Below, piece after piece: positions 49,660 to 60,100 of a DNA stretch of 64,000 bases. Position numbers and translations under genes: made by a program. Numbering within the stretch: position 1 is the first letter of the stretch; each line of letters opens with the position of its first letter. The notes under the pieces were generated by a model. It was given only the letters and a program-made list of their open reading frames with translations, ran no database searches and was not told where the DNA came from. This DNA comes from Candidatus Bathyarchaeia archaeon (lineage in GTDB: Archaea; Thermoproteota; Bathyarchaeia; 40CM-2-53-6): NCBI GenBank assembly GCA_049517415.1, contig JBEKSC010000010.1, positions 19,661 to 83,660 of the forward strand. Reading direction: 5' to 3'.

Positions 49660-51375
49660 GTGGCAGAAACACTGAGCTATGATGTAGTAATAGTTGGCTC
49701 GGGTCTAGCGGGGCTACGCGCCGCCATCGAAGCTGCTCGTGTTTCGAAGGGCAGATGTAGCGTAGCTGTGTTAACTAAGGTTCAGGCGATGCGATCCCAC
49801 TCCGTATCCGCAGAGGGGGGCACTGCGGCTGTCCTGTACCCGGACAAGGGGGATACTCTTGAATCCCACATATACGACACGATAAAGGGCAGCGACTTTC
49901 TGGCGGACCAGGATGCTGTCGAATTCTTCGTGAATTCTATGCCCGCTGAGATTTACATGCTCGAACATTGGGGTATGCCTTGGTCGAGGACCGATGATGG
50001 GCGAATAGCCCAACGCAACTTCGGCGGATACAGCTTTCCGCGCGCAACCTTCGCAGCAGATCGAGTAGGTTTCTTTGAGATGCAGACACTCTACGACACA
50101 ACTCAAAAGTTCGAAAACATCCAATTCTTCCAAGAATGGTATGTGACATCACTAATTGTGGACAACGGCGTATTCAAGGGTGTAACAGCAATCGATTTGA
50201 AGACTGGTGAATTCCATGCTTTTAGTGCGAAGGCTGGCATTATTGCAACTGGCGGAGCCGGGAGACTCTACAAGTTTGCGACATATGGATATTCATCTAC
50301 CCCCGACGGACTCTCGCTTGTATACAGAGCCGGTGCGCCGATCGAGGACATGGAGTTCGTCCAGTTTCACCCGACCGGCCTGATCCCTTCAGGTGTTTTA
50401 ATCACGGAGGGCGCACGCGGAGATGGGGCGATCCTCATCAATAGTAAAGGAGAGCGTTTCATGAAAAAATACGCGCCCGAAAAAATGGACCTGGCTTCTA
50501 GGGATGTTGTTTCTAGGGCAATTATCACTGAGATTCAAGAAGGGCGGGGAATGACGGATCCAATAAGCGGAATGGATTACTTACTCCTGGACTTGCGTCA
50601 CTTGGGGGCTGAGAAAATCAAGGAGCGCCTTTCAGGCATTAGAGAGATTGCCATCAAGTTCAAAGGCATAGATCCAATTGACGAGCCCTTGCCAATCCGC
50701 CCGGTTTGCCATTACACAATGGGCGGAATCAGAACCGATATGAAAGCTCAAACCCCAATCGCTGCCCTCTGGGCCGCCGGAGAGGCCGCTTGTGTAAGCA
50801 TTAACGGAGCCAACCGCTTGGGTGCGAATTCAACCGCCGAGTGTTTGGTCTTCGGCGCACAGGCTGGCGCAAATGCAGCCCAATACGCTTTGGAAAAGCC
50901 TTCCCATGGCTTGAATCCGCAGCCGGTAGTCGCTGAAGAGAAGCGGCTATTTGACGGAATCTTTCATGGGAGCGGGGGTGAAAACCCGTATGAGGTTCAC
51001 AACGAAGTGCAGGTGATCATGGACAAGTATGCACATGTTTACCGAACAGGAGAAGGGTTGGGGGAGGGATTGAAGCAACTCCGTGAACTTCACAACAGGT
51101 CTTTTCGGCACGTCGACGACCAGGCTAAGGAGTACAACACTAACTTCATCAACGTCCTCGAACTCGAGGCGATGTTTGAGGTCGCTGAAATCGTCCTGGC
51201 AGGAGGGTTGGCTAGGACAGAATCACGGGGGGCACATTCGCGAATAGATTATCCCAAGCGGGATGATGCTAATTGGCTCAAGCACAGCTTGTGCTATTAC
51301 ACCTCGGATGGGCCACGCATCGATTACGCTCCTGTAACAATTACGAAATACACTCCGACGGAACGACATTATTAG
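49660..51375 (+). CDS. sdhA: Succinate dehydrogenase/fumarate reductase flavoprotein subunit
   Basis: GSGLAGLRAA, RSHSVSAEGG (FAD-His), QFHPTG, HYTMGG, GANRLGANS, ESRGAH. Confidence 0.95.
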   Translation: MAETLSYDVVIVGSGLAGLRAAIEAARVSKGRCSVAVLTKVQAMRSHSVSAEGGTAAVLYPDKGDTLESHIYDTIKGSDFLADQDAVEFFVNSMPAEIYMLEHWGMPWSRTDDGRIAQRNFGGYSFPRATFAADRVGFFEMQTLYDTTQKFENIQFFQEWYVTSLIVDNGVFKGVTAIDLKTGEFHAFSAKAGIIATGGAGRLYKFATYGYSSTPDGLSLVYRAGAPIEDMEFVQFHPTGLIPSGVLITEGARGDGAILINSKGERFMKKYAPEKMDLASRDVVSRAIITEIQEGRGMTDPISGMDYLLLDLRHLGAEKIKERLSGIREIAIKFKGIDPIDEPLPIRPVCHYTMGGIRTDMKAQTPIAALWAAGEAACVSINGANRLGANSTAECLVFGAQAGANAAQYALEKPSHGLNPQPVVAEEKRLFDGIFHGSGGENPYEVHNEVQVIMDKYAHVYRTGEGLGEGLKQLRELHNRSFRHVDDQAKEYNTNFINVLELEAMFEVAEIVLAGGLARTESRGAHSRIDYPKRDDANWLKHSLCYYTSDGPRIDYAPVTITKYTPTERHY

Positions 51376-51381
51376 AAAGCG

Positions 51382-52167
51382 GTGAGAGGAACGACTACTC
51401 AAAGAGCGGACAAAATTAGCTTACGAGTTCTACGTGCAAATCCGGCGCAGCAAATCCAACGCCACTACGACACGTTTCAAATCCCGCCAGAACCTGGCAT
51501 GACAGTCCTCGCTGCTCTACTCTATGCGAAAGAGCAACTGGACCACTCGCTCGCGATTCGTTTCTCTTGCAGGATGGCTTCTTGCGGATCCTGTGGGATG
51601 AAAATAAACGGCCTACCAAGATTAGCATGCTATACCCAGGTGGCTGATTTCGGGAACTCACCAATTACAGTTGAGCCCCTTGAGCACTACCCGCTTGTGC
51701 GTGACCTCGTTACAGACTTTCACGGTTTCTTTTCGACACACCAGTCAGTGAAGCCTTTCCTTGTCAGAAGAGATGTGGCCGAGCAAGAAACATTTGAATC
51801 GGAATATTCGCAAAGTCAGCGGGAATTAGACAACTTTCTCCAGTTCTCATACTGCATAAAGTGCGGTCTCTGCAACGCCGCATGCCCCACGGTGGCCACA
51901 GACCCACTCTTCACGGGACCCCAAGCGTTAGGCCAAGCCTACAGGTACACTGCAGATTCCCGAGATGAGGGCGGAAATGCCCGATTGAATGTTGTCGATC
52001 AGGAGCACGGGGTTTGGAGATGCCACTTTGCAGGCGCATGCAGTTTCGTATGTCCAAAGGGCGTAGACCCTGCTCTGGCCATTCAAAGGCTAAGACGACT
52101 CGTAGTCACGTCCTCCGGAGCGAAGAGAGCGGGGGGACGACTAATGCCAAAACACACAGTGCAGTAG
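51382..52167 (+). CDS. sdhB: Succinate dehydrogenase/fumarate reductase iron-sulfur subunit
   Basis: SCRMASCGSC...LAC, CIKCGLCNAACP, CHFAGACSFVCPKG. Confidence 0.95.
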   Translation: MRGTTTQRADKISLRVLRANPAQQIQRHYDTFQIPPEPGMTVLAALLYAKEQLDHSLAIRFSCRMASCGSCGMKINGLPRLACYTQVADFGNSPITVEPLEHYPLVRDLVTDFHGFFSTHQSVKPFLVRRDVAEQETFESEYSQSQRELDNFLQFSYCIKCGLCNAACPTVATDPLFTGPQALGQAYRYTADSRDEGGNARLNVVDQEHGVWRCHFAGACSFVCPKGVDPALAIQRLRRLVVTSSGAKRAGGRLMPKHTVQ

Positions 52168-52227
52168 CCGTGAACTGATTTGGGAATTGATTCGGCATTT
52201 CTTAAGAAAGATAACAGGCTGCTCAGC

Positions 52228-52356
52228 ATGGACGTTAAGTGTGCCACGTGCGGTACAAAGGTTGAGGTTTTTGTTAACGCGATTTCGTCGGCGGGCGACG
52301 TCTGGCCTTTTTGCGCTAAATGCGGGACCTACGTAGATGTCATTCCCGATTATTGA
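52228..52356 (+). CDS. Small zinc-finger microprotein (42 aa)
   Basis: Manual translation MDVKCATCGTKVEVFVNAISSAGDVWPFCAKCGTYVDVIPDY; CTTAAG upstream. Confidence 0.65.
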   Translation: MDVKCATCGTKVEVFVNAISSAGDVWPFCAKCGTYVDVIPDY

Positions 52357-52423
52357 TTATTTTCAGAATTTCTATCGTCATTCTCCCCTCCCCACTTCGC
52401 CCTTTGGCCTCCGCTATGAACGC

Positions 52424-52618
52424 TCATGTATTCGAACTTAGCTTCCTCACCCATTTGTCAGGCCTGTAGACCATGACACTAATGCCGCAGCCTCCGCAAC
52501 GCCACTTCACTTTATCTGGATACAACGGAAAGTTTGAAACCATTAAGTTACCATGCTGGCATGATGTGCAAGTCGAACGCATAATTCGTCCATCAGGGGA
52601 GATGAGGAAGTTTTCCAC
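52424..52618 (-). CDS. Small zinc-finger protein (64 aa)
   Basis: CTSC...WRCGGCG. Confidence 0.55.
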   Translation of the reverse strand: MENFLISPDGRIMRSTCTSCQHGNLMVSNFPLYPDKVKWRCGGCGISVMVYRPDKWVRKLSSNT

Positions 52619-52722
52619 AGCTAATGCGACAATTGAGAGTAACTTTAAGGAAGGCTGGAAAAGATGTTGAGAGTAGACCGAAAGTAAGTGGAGTGCTCCC
52701 GAACAAGGCTGGAAGTTTAGGC

Positions 52723-54483
52723 ATGGAAGGCATCGACAAATACGAACTTCTGTCCGATCTGGCTAAGCGCCGAGGTTTCTTCTGGCCCTCATACGAAATC
52801 TATGGTGGCGTAAGCGGGTATCTTGACCTGGGCCCTTTAGGGGCGAAGCTGAAGAGGCGTATAGAAGACAAGTGGCTGGACCTCTTCGTCTACCAGCACG
52901 GATTCGTAGCAATATCTACCCCTGTCATAACCCCTGAGAAAATCTTCGCCGCTTCCGGGCATTTGGAACACTTCAAAGACTTGATGGTCAGTTGCGAGGA
53001 ATGCAAGAGACATTTCAAAGCTGACTACGTTATCACTGAGGCAATGCCCGGGCGGACCGACCTTGCAGTTGAAGCCATGTCAGTAGCAGAAACAGCTGCA
53101 TTCATCGATGAGAATCACATTCGTTGCCCGGAATGCGGCGGAAAGCTGGGCCGAGCGGAATACTTCTCAACTATGTTCAAAACCAATATCGGGCCCTATG
53201 GCGATGTACCAGGTTACGGTAGGCCAGAAGCCGCGCAAGGAATCTTTGTTGATTTCAAACGCGTCTACGAAACGAGCCGCGAAAGGCTACCGCTAGGCAT
53301 TGCACAGATAGGCACAGTCATGCGCAATGAAATTTCACCGAGGCAAGGCCCAATCAGACTACGAGAGTTCACAATTATGGAAATGGAATTCTTCTTCGAC
53401 CCCGAAGAGAGCGAATGCAAATACCTGAGTACTGTAAACGTGGAATTACCGCTCTACCTCGCGAAAACACGTGAGGAACATAAAACCGAGCTGACCCGCG
53501 TAAAAGCCCAAGAAGCGGTGAAACAGGGGTTCGTTCTAACAGAATGGTCCGCTTATTTCATGGCGTTGTCGGTCAAATTTGTGAGTTCACTTGGAATACC
53601 GCCAGACAAGCAAAGGTTCGAAGAAAAGTTACCAGCAGAACGTTCTCACTACTCAAGTCAAACCTTTGACCATCAGATCTGGCTCGACAGGTGGGGCTGG
53701 GTGGAAATAGCTGGCCACGCATACCGAACAGACTTTGACTTGTCCGCACACGCGAAGTCCTCAGGCGTTGACTTGTCAATTTTCAAGCCTTACTCAACCC
53801 CCGTTGAGAAAAAGGTAACAGTGATCGTTCCTCTAGAATCAGTTCTAGGCCCCCTGCTGAGGGAGAAAGCAAAGGTCGTGATGAGCGCCTTGATTTCGAG
53901 CAAACCAGAAGACGTGAAGGCGGCCTTCGAAAAGTCCGGCTACTTTGATGTGCAAGGCTTCAAAATCTTGCCGTCACACGTGCGCTTCGAAGAACGTTCA
54001 TTGCGCGAAGCGGGTAGGCGGTTCTTGCCGCACGTTGTCGAACCAAGTTATGGTGCAGAGAGGGTGGTTTACTCGGCTTTGGAATATTCATACAGCCGCG
54101 TGAAGGATCGTGTAGTTCTGAAGCTTCCAGCCGACCTTGCTCCCACGCAAATGATGGTCTTACCATTGATGGCGAAGGATGGCCTTGCAGAACTCTCCCT
54201 AAGCATAAGGGAGTACCTCCTTGGACATGGGTTCGATGTTGAGTATGATGAAAGCGGAACTATTGGTAGGCGATACGCCCGGGCTGACGAAGTTGGCGTT
54301 CCGATATCAATCACGGTTGATTATCAGACCAAGGAAAACGGGACAGTTACGCTCAGAGATAGGGATAGCTGGCAACAGGTCCGAATCGGCTGGAAAGCGA
54401 TGCCTGAACCCGCACTACAGTTCCTCCAAGGAAAGCTAACCTTCACTGAGCTCGGGACTCCCGTAAAGGTCGCTTACGAGTAA
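52723..54483 (+). CDS. glyS: Glycine--tRNA ligase (archaeal/eukaryotic alpha2 type)
   Basis: RRGFFWPSYEIYGG, RPEAAQGIF, RNEISPRQGPIRLREF, PHVVEPSYG, IGRRYARADEVG. Start set at ATG 52723. Confidence 0.96.
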   Translation: MEGIDKYELLSDLAKRRGFFWPSYEIYGGVSGYLDLGPLGAKLKRRIEDKWLDLFVYQHGFVAISTPVITPEKIFAASGHLEHFKDLMVSCEECKRHFKADYVITEAMPGRTDLAVEAMSVAETAAFIDENHIRCPECGGKLGRAEYFSTMFKTNIGPYGDVPGYGRPEAAQGIFVDFKRVYETSRERLPLGIAQIGTVMRNEISPRQGPIRLREFTIMEMEFFFDPEESECKYLSTVNVELPLYLAKTREEHKTELTRVKAQEAVKQGFVLTEWSAYFMALSVKFVSSLGIPPDKQRFEEKLPAERSHYSSQTFDHQIWLDRWGWVEIAGHAYRTDFDLSAHAKSSGVDLSIFKPYSTPVEKKVTVIVPLESVLGPLLREKAKVVMSALISSKPEDVKAAFEKSGYFDVQGFKILPSHVRFEERSLREAGRRFLPHVVEPSYGAERVVYSALEYSYSRVKDRVVLKLPADLAPTQMMVLPLMAKDGLAELSLSIREYLLGHGFDVEYDESGTIGRRYARADEVGVPISITVDYQTKENGTVTLRDRDSWQQVRIGWKAMPEPALQFLQGKLTFTELGTPVKVAYE

Positions 54484-54570
54484 TTCATCGTCAAGTGATG
54501 AGGATTGGGCTATGGTTTAATTGCTGAGCCACCCTATTGGTTGTAGGAACCTCGCGGAGATGCAATTGGC

Positions 54571-55230
54571 TTGACCTTTCCCATAGAGACTGAAGCAAAC
54601 ATCAGGCGCAGAATGCTGGAGCTGTGCCAAGCTCATGCGAGGAACGTTGTAGAAATCACTAGGCAATTGGTTGTTCTTCTAGACAACTTGGCGGACAAGA
54701 AGCCTAAACTTGCGAAGGAGAACTACGAGAACATTCTCAAGACTCTGGTGGAGAATGAGAAGAACAAAGCAACGTTCCTTAATGAAGTGGCATCAGTGGG
54801 TAGCTTACTCATAAGCAGGGAGGACTTCCTGCGCCTGCTATTTCGACTTGGCGAAGTGGCAGAATACTGCGAAGCGATGGGTTTTAGGCTGATGGGAGTC
54901 GTTGACCTGAAGTGGAAGCTAGATGACAAACGCCTCGAAGAAATATCTCACTTGATGAGTTCGGTACTCAAAGAAATCTCGAAGGTGAGAGAGACCCTGC
55001 ACTCACTGTCATTTGATGCCGACAAAGCAGTCGAGACCGCTAAAGCTGTGGAGGATTTGGAGCGCCAGATTGACGCTGAATCACGGCAACTCGATCTAGA
55101 CCTGATTTCGAGCAAAATGCCATTGCAAACCTTGCTATTCTTTCGCGACTTGGTAGACCGAGCTGAAAAGATAGCGGACATTGGGGTCGACGTGGTCGAC
55201 CACATAAGAGTACTCGCCCTTACGGCATAG
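54571..55230 (+). CDS. DUF47 / PhoU-like helical protein
   Basis: REDFLRL, VEDLERQID, AEKIAD; all-helical, 219 aa. Confidence 0.75.
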   Translation: MTFPIETEANIRRRMLELCQAHARNVVEITRQLVVLLDNLADKKPKLAKENYENILKTLVENEKNKATFLNEVASVGSLLISREDFLRLLFRLGEVAEYCEAMGFRLMGVVDLKWKLDDKRLEEISHLMSSVLKEISKVRETLHSLSFDADKAVETAKAVEDLERQIDAESRQLDLDLISSKMPLQTLLFFRDLVDRAEKIADIGVDVVDHIRVLALTA

Positions 55231-55802
55231 TGTCGCGGCAAATGAAGAAAACAATCACCGCTGAGTTAATTGGAACTAGGCTCATAGTATGGGATCATAA
55301 AGACGCACTGGAAATTTACAGGCTGGGTTTCTTCGGTAAGCCGGTAGGTATTCCAAAGCCTAAGCCTGAGCAGGAGTTTAAGGCGCCTTTGGTGCTCGAC
55401 CTAATGGAAGCGATGTATCTGCTCGACAAAAGAATGATTCGAGTTGTTAACGTCAAGACCTCGAAGCCCGTAACCCGTGCAATGCTCCTCGCTCTAGCGA
55501 ACAAGACCTACAAACAGTTCAACCTCGGTTACACCGCCTACGAGAACCTGCGTGCGAAAGGGCTGATAGTTACCCCGGGGATAAGGTTCGGGTCGGACTT
55601 TGCAATATACGAGCACGGTCCAGGGATTGACCACGCCCCATTCATTGTTACCGTAAAGAAGGAGGAGGAGACAATGGGCCCCTTCGAGGTTGTCCTTGCA
55701 GGGCGCCTCGCAACAACCGTCCGAAAACAGTTCACGATTGCGGTACCTAGGGGTCGCGGGAAAAAGGTAGACTACCTTGTCTTTCGCTGGTTCAAGGCTT
55801 AG
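55230..55802 (+). CDS. endA: tRNA-intron (splicing) endonuclease, catalytic subunit
   Basis: LDLMEAMYL, PGIRFGSDFAIYEHGPGIDHA, GRLATTVRK (Tyr/His/Lys triad). Confidence 0.92.
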   Translation: MSRQMKKTITAELIGTRLIVWDHKDALEIYRLGFFGKPVGIPKPKPEQEFKAPLVLDLMEAMYLLDKRMIRVVNVKTSKPVTRAMLLALANKTYKQFNLGYTAYENLRAKGLIVTPGIRFGSDFAIYEHGPGIDHAPFIVTVKKEEETMGPFEVVLAGRLATTVRKQFTIAVPRGRGKKVDYLVFRWFKA

Positions 55803-55816
55803 ATTTTTGGGCGAAC

Positions 55817-56692
55817 CTACTGAATAACCGTAAACATTTCTGCTAGCTTGCTCTCCTGTTTGAAACCAAGCTTTGCGAAAAGCCGTCCTGCTATTTCGTT
55901 ATTCTCACTGAACCGAACGGCCAAAGTTTGGACGCCCCGCTTAAACAACCTGTTCATGGAAGTCGCTACCTCAGTCGTAGCAAGACCTCGTGCACGATAG
56001 AGCGGGTGCGTGAAGAGTTCTGCGACCAATGCCTGTCGAAGAGAAGTAAGGGTTACGAAACAGGCACTTACCACGTTTAGGGTCGTACCACTAATAAGCG
56101 AGGCCTCAGCCGCATCAGCTCCGTGCACACCGTCCATAATCTCATGTAACCTTCGTTCCGCGGTGAAAACGGCAGGTAACTTTTCTTCGACACCTTTCTC
56201 GTAGGATTCATGCATCAGCTTGGCAAGGGCGGAGATGTCTCGTTCAGTGGGGCTTACGAGCGGAAGTATGGGCATTAGCTTTGTTTCAATAACTGTCCCG
56301 ACGAATTTGACGATGAACCGCCGTTTTTCAAATCCGTTCTCTTCCAGCGTCTCTACCATTTCTTCCGGAACCCGCAGAGTGAGCGATTGAATCTTTGCTT
56401 TCTTAAGGTCAAGTCGAAGCTCGGGAACAAGCGATTCGATGGAAATTGAAGTTGCTGGATAGAATTTGTCAACAACCGCATCCACTTGCGAAGGCTGTAA
56501 CGTGAAAAGTGCAATCGGTCTATCCGTACGTAGGATATTCCATTGTTCATGGGTTTTCCGTAGTTCTGCGACCAATTCTTCTTTGTTTGAGCATTGGGGA
56601 AAAGCTTCTTTCATGTATGCTTCATTTTCAACAATAAACTCCGCTGTTTGACCTAAGACGTCGGATGAAGCTTTCGAGGTCCTCGTGATCAT
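55817..56692 (-). CDS. Tandem GNAT-family acetyltransferase
   Basis: LFTHPLYRARGLAT, NEIAGRLFAKLGF; degenerate N-terminal GNAT half. Confidence 0.75.
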   Translation of the reverse strand: MITRTSKASSDVLGQTAEFIVENEAYMKEAFPQCSNKEELVAELRKTHEQWNILRTDRPIALFTLQPSQVDAVVDKFYPATSISIESLVPELRLDLKKAKIQSLTLRVPEEMVETLEENGFEKRRFIVKFVGTVIETKLMPILPLVSPTERDISALAKLMHESYEKGVEEKLPAVFTAERRLHEIMDGVHGADAAEASLISGTTLNVVSACFVTLTSLRQALVAELFTHPLYRARGLATTEVATSMNRLFKRGVQTLAVRFSENNEIAGRLFAKLGFKQESKLAEMFTVIQ

Positions 56693-56755
56693 GATTTATC
56701 ACATAAACTCGAAAAAACCCATATTCTGCCCCATATTCAATCCTGTCTGGTTCGA

Positions 56756-57034
56756 ATGTATAGAGGGCTTGTTGCATCAGGAGCTATTTTGGCCTTATTC
56801 GGCGGCTTTCTGGTTTTCACGGATCTTTACGTTCCTCTTGGTGTGTCGATCTTCGGCCTGCCTATTGCAATTGTTGGAGTTCTTATGTTGGTTCTAGGGA
56901 TCTTTCGACCAGAACCGTTGGCAATAGAACCGGAGCAGGGAAAGAAGTTCTGTTGGTATTGCATGACACAGATTCCCAAAGACGCGAAAGAATGCCCAAG
57001 CTGCAGCCTTCCTCAGCACGACGCGGTCGACTAA
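56756..57034 (+). CDS. Small two-TM protein with C-terminal zinc ribbon
   Basis: Two hydrophobic helices; CWYCMTQIPKDAKECPSCSLPQ. Confidence 0.8.
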   Translation: MYRGLVASGAILALFGGFLVFTDLYVPLGVSIFGLPIAIVGVLMLVLGIFRPEPLAIEPEQGKKFCWYCMTQIPKDAKECPSCSLPQHDAVD

Positions 57035-57396
57035 GCTGTCGATCGTCTACTGCTCGACTTTTCCTGTCCGTCGGTTGGTTTTTCTTCGCGGAGGTTAATG
57101 TGCGCTTGGCCTTCCATAATCTTTCGCTGGAGAGCAGTGATTAGTTCGTCAATTGCTACATTATCGAGGCCAAGTTGGCTAAGTGATGACAGAGTTTCGT
57201 CAGAGAGGGTTGCTCCAATATTGGGGCCGCCGTATCCCTCCATTCCTATCGCATCGAACTTCAGTTTGGTCTTCTTGGTTACGAAATGGCCGGAGATGTA
57301 AGTTACTCGTCCCTGTTCGTCCAATTTTTCGATGGAGACCTCAAGGTCCTCGGGAAGTTCTGGCCTGCTCATGATGAATTCTCTCATTGGAGTCAT
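57031..57396 (-). CDS. Hypothetical protein
   Basis: 121-aa ORF with protein-like composition, divergent from the MBL hydrolase. Confidence 0.6.
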   Translation of the reverse strand: MTPMREFIMSRPELPEDLEVSIEKLDEQGRVTYISGHFVTKKTKLKFDAIGMEGYGGPNIGATLSDETLSSLSQLGLDNVAIDELITALQRKIMEGQAHINLREEKPTDGQEKSSSRRSTA

Positions 57397-57453
57397 GAGG
57401 CTTTAATCTTACCCATATACTAGTTTCGGCCGACGACCAGAGAGAAATCACCA

Positions 57454-58356
57454 ATGCTCACTCCACTCAACAACATCGTCTCAATAATCGACACCCGAGC
57501 CTTGGGTACGCCGGGGGTTGTCGCCGCGTTTCTTGTTACAGGAAAGGAGACAGCATTAATTGACATGGGCTACCAATCCTCCGCTCAAACAATTATGGGA
57601 GACTTGGCTGAGCATGGATTTGGTCCGGATCACTTGGATTACCTTCTCCCTACACACGTTCATCTGGACCATTCCGGCTCCTTGGGGACTCTTGCCAAAA
57701 CATTCACAAACGCCTCGATTCGTGTTCACCCCAAAGGTGAGCGCCACCTCGTCGATCCTTCGGCTCTCTGGAAAGCAGCAGGAGAGCTTTTTGGCGAAGA
57801 ACTGATGCATAAATTTGGGCGACCCCAACCTGTCGATCGGAAGCGCTTGAAGAGTGCGGCTGATGGTGACGTGATTGATTTAGGGGATGGGATTCGCCTT
57901 CGCACTATATGGACACCGGGCCATGCATCACATCACTTGAGCTATGAACTGGAAGAACACGGAGCTTTCTTCACGGGTGACGCCGTTGGGGTTTGCTTCC
58001 CTGGTTTCCCAATATTGACTCCCACGACGCCCCCAACACGTTTCAACCTAGAAAAGACGTTACAGTCGCTTGAGCTCATAAGGGCGACTTCTCCTTTAGA
58101 TTTCTATACCCCTCACTATGGCGTCGTTGGAAATGCTACGCAATGGATCAATAACAATGTTGAATCGTTGCACCGCTGGAAGTCGAGCATACAAGAAATG
58201 AAGAAAAAAGGATGTAGTGCTGAGGAGATGTCTCACATCCTCACCGACGAGGCGTGTAGGAAGCTTGGCCGGGAGGGAAGCGAGATGCCAGACCACCTCA
58301 TCAGCTTGATCAAGATCAGCATTCTGGGATTCCTTCGATATTTCGAAGAATTATGA
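57454..58356 (+). CDS. Metallo-beta-lactamase fold hydrolase
   Basis: THVHLDHSG, TPGHASHH, FTGDA, PHYG. Confidence 0.92.
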   Translation: MLTPLNNIVSIIDTRALGTPGVVAAFLVTGKETALIDMGYQSSAQTIMGDLAEHGFGPDHLDYLLPTHVHLDHSGSLGTLAKTFTNASIRVHPKGERHLVDPSALWKAAGELFGEELMHKFGRPQPVDRKRLKSAADGDVIDLGDGIRLRTIWTPGHASHHLSYELEEHGAFFTGDAVGVCFPGFPILTPTTPPTRFNLEKTLQSLELIRATSPLDFYTPHYGVVGNATQWINNNVESLHRWKSSIQEMKKKGCSAEEMSHILTDEACRKLGREGSEMPDHLISLIKISILGFLRYFEEL

Positions 58357-58642
58357 AGGGTCAACTTACATCATCATACCTACATGATCTTGATCCTGCC
58401 GAGCCGGACTGTGCACATTCAAAAACGACCAATCTGAGGCAGAACTCCCGGCATATCATGAAACCCTTCAAAAGTCGAAGTAGTTCGTTCGGGTACCAGG
58501 CCCAGTTATCTTGCGTAGTTTCATTAATTTTGGTTCAGACCGGTCATGGAAATTCACAGGTATCCGGACCAACAATTTAGAGTGATGTTAGCTAAATCAG
58601 CATTGAGGCATTTGGGTTAAGGATTTTCGCCGTGGAGCATAA

Positions 58643-59788
58643 ATGACATTGTTACCCGCATGGAAAGGCATTCTTATTGTATTCATCATGTTGTTTTCCT
58701 TTTTCCCTGTTGAAGTCTTAGCCGAAGACCAGAATCTGGGAAGAGTGCGAATTGCGGGCTTCGTTGGACCAAGACAGGTCGCACCGGACACCGCCTTCTC
58801 GATTAGCCTAGATGTTGAGTACGAAGTCCGAGAAGCGACAATTATACGTGCAGCCATATTCGAAGGTTTGCCAAATGAAGGTGTTCCTCTTTGGCAGAGC
58901 GGTAATGCAAGCGTAGTTGAAGGGGGTGACAAAGTCTGGACAGTCAACTTTACCGCTCCATCCGTCGAAGGCACAATTCAGTTTTCTGCGTACGCATATC
59001 ATCTTGATAGCGGCGTATGGAAGTTTTACAATGATACCGTTCTGGGCCCAGGATACGCGGAGGTCACGATCAAAGTTTCGCGATATGCGATTCTCGAAGT
59101 TGACCTAGGCGCACCGGGACTCGCCGTTACCCTAGGAAACTCGTCCAATATAACAACCCAAACCGGAGATCTAAATGCCACATTACTTGTCGGGATGCCT
59201 TACCAATTATCAGTTCCGTTCGATCAGGAATATGGGAACTCGACACGAATCGTCTTCAACGGATGGCAGGATGGAAACAATAAAACCCAGAGACTCATCG
59301 CTCTGACCGGAAATACGGAACTAATCGGTTACTATCGACCGGAGTACTTGCTCAAGGTAACGTCGTCTCAGTCAGGGCATTCTTACCAGATGTGGTATGA
59401 CCCCGGTTCGAATGTGACGCTTCAAGAGGTTAATTTTCTTCCCACATCATGGCCGTTAGCACTCTTTGGTGGGAAATATGTTTTTTCAGGTTGGTCTGGA
59501 GATGTCAATTCTAGTTCCAGTGAAATCTCTTTCGCGATGAATTCGCCAAAGACAATCTACGCTAACTTTTCCATTGATTATGGCTTCTTGATCTTTCCAA
59601 TAATCGTAGCTTTAGGTATCATCGGAGAAATTATTCTCTTAGCCCTAAAACGTCGGAAAAGAACCCAGCCAACTCTTGAGCCATCGACTCTGAGAGCCAC
59701 ATGCCCAAGTTGCGGTGAGGACGTAGAGAAAGACTGGGCGCACTGTATTCATTGCGGAAACGACCTAGGTTCCTTGGAGGATGCGTAG
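58643..59788 (+). CDS. Secreted, membrane-anchored beta-rich surface protein with cytoplasmic zinc ribbon
   Basis: Signal peptide, FNGW/FSGWSGD..MNSPKTIYANF repeats, TM segment plus KRRKR, CPSCG...CIHCG. Confidence 0.8.
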   Translation: MTLLPAWKGILIVFIMLFSFFPVEVLAEDQNLGRVRIAGFVGPRQVAPDTAFSISLDVEYEVREATIIRAAIFEGLPNEGVPLWQSGNASVVEGGDKVWTVNFTAPSVEGTIQFSAYAYHLDSGVWKFYNDTVLGPGYAEVTIKVSRYAILEVDLGAPGLAVTLGNSSNITTQTGDLNATLLVGMPYQLSVPFDQEYGNSTRIVFNGWQDGNNKTQRLIALTGNTELIGYYRPEYLLKVTSSQSGHSYQMWYDPGSNVTLQEVNFLPTSWPLALFGGKYVFSGWSGDVNSSSSEISFAMNSPKTIYANFSIDYGFLIFPIIVALGIIGEIILLALKRRKRTQPTLEPSTLRATCPSCGEDVEKDWAHCIHCGNDLGSLEDA

Positions 59789-59838
59789 ACTGAATAGCGG
59801 TGGTTCGTAGCCGAGCGAAGCTGCTCAGTGCCGCCGTT

Positions 59839-59870
59839 AGCTTAGACGGAGAGTAAGCTCCCCTTCTTTT
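59839..59870 (+). terminator. Possible terminator (short hairpin plus pyrimidine/U tract)
   Basis: AGCTTA...TAAGCT followed by CCCCTTCTTTT after the CDS end. Confidence 0.3.
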
Positions 59871-60100
59871 CATGTGACTCATTCAGTTCAACGCATCTAT
59901 GTGACAAAGAACCTTCGTCGACCCAGGCGTAATTTAGACAATTAAGTTGACACGTTTCACTGCTTTCCCCTCAAGATATACGCCAGTTATTAGTCTGAAT
60001 AGGCGGAGAACACTGAAGTCTTAAGTAATGTATTCGCACGTTACGTACCATCCGCCGAATGAGAAAACTGCCTGAATATGAATCGAAATGAGGCCCTGTA

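Noticed and set aside
54495..54530. GTGATGA...CTGA after glyS as a C/D sRNA
   Set aside because: Too short, and it overlaps the TTTAAT promoter of the DUF47 gene.
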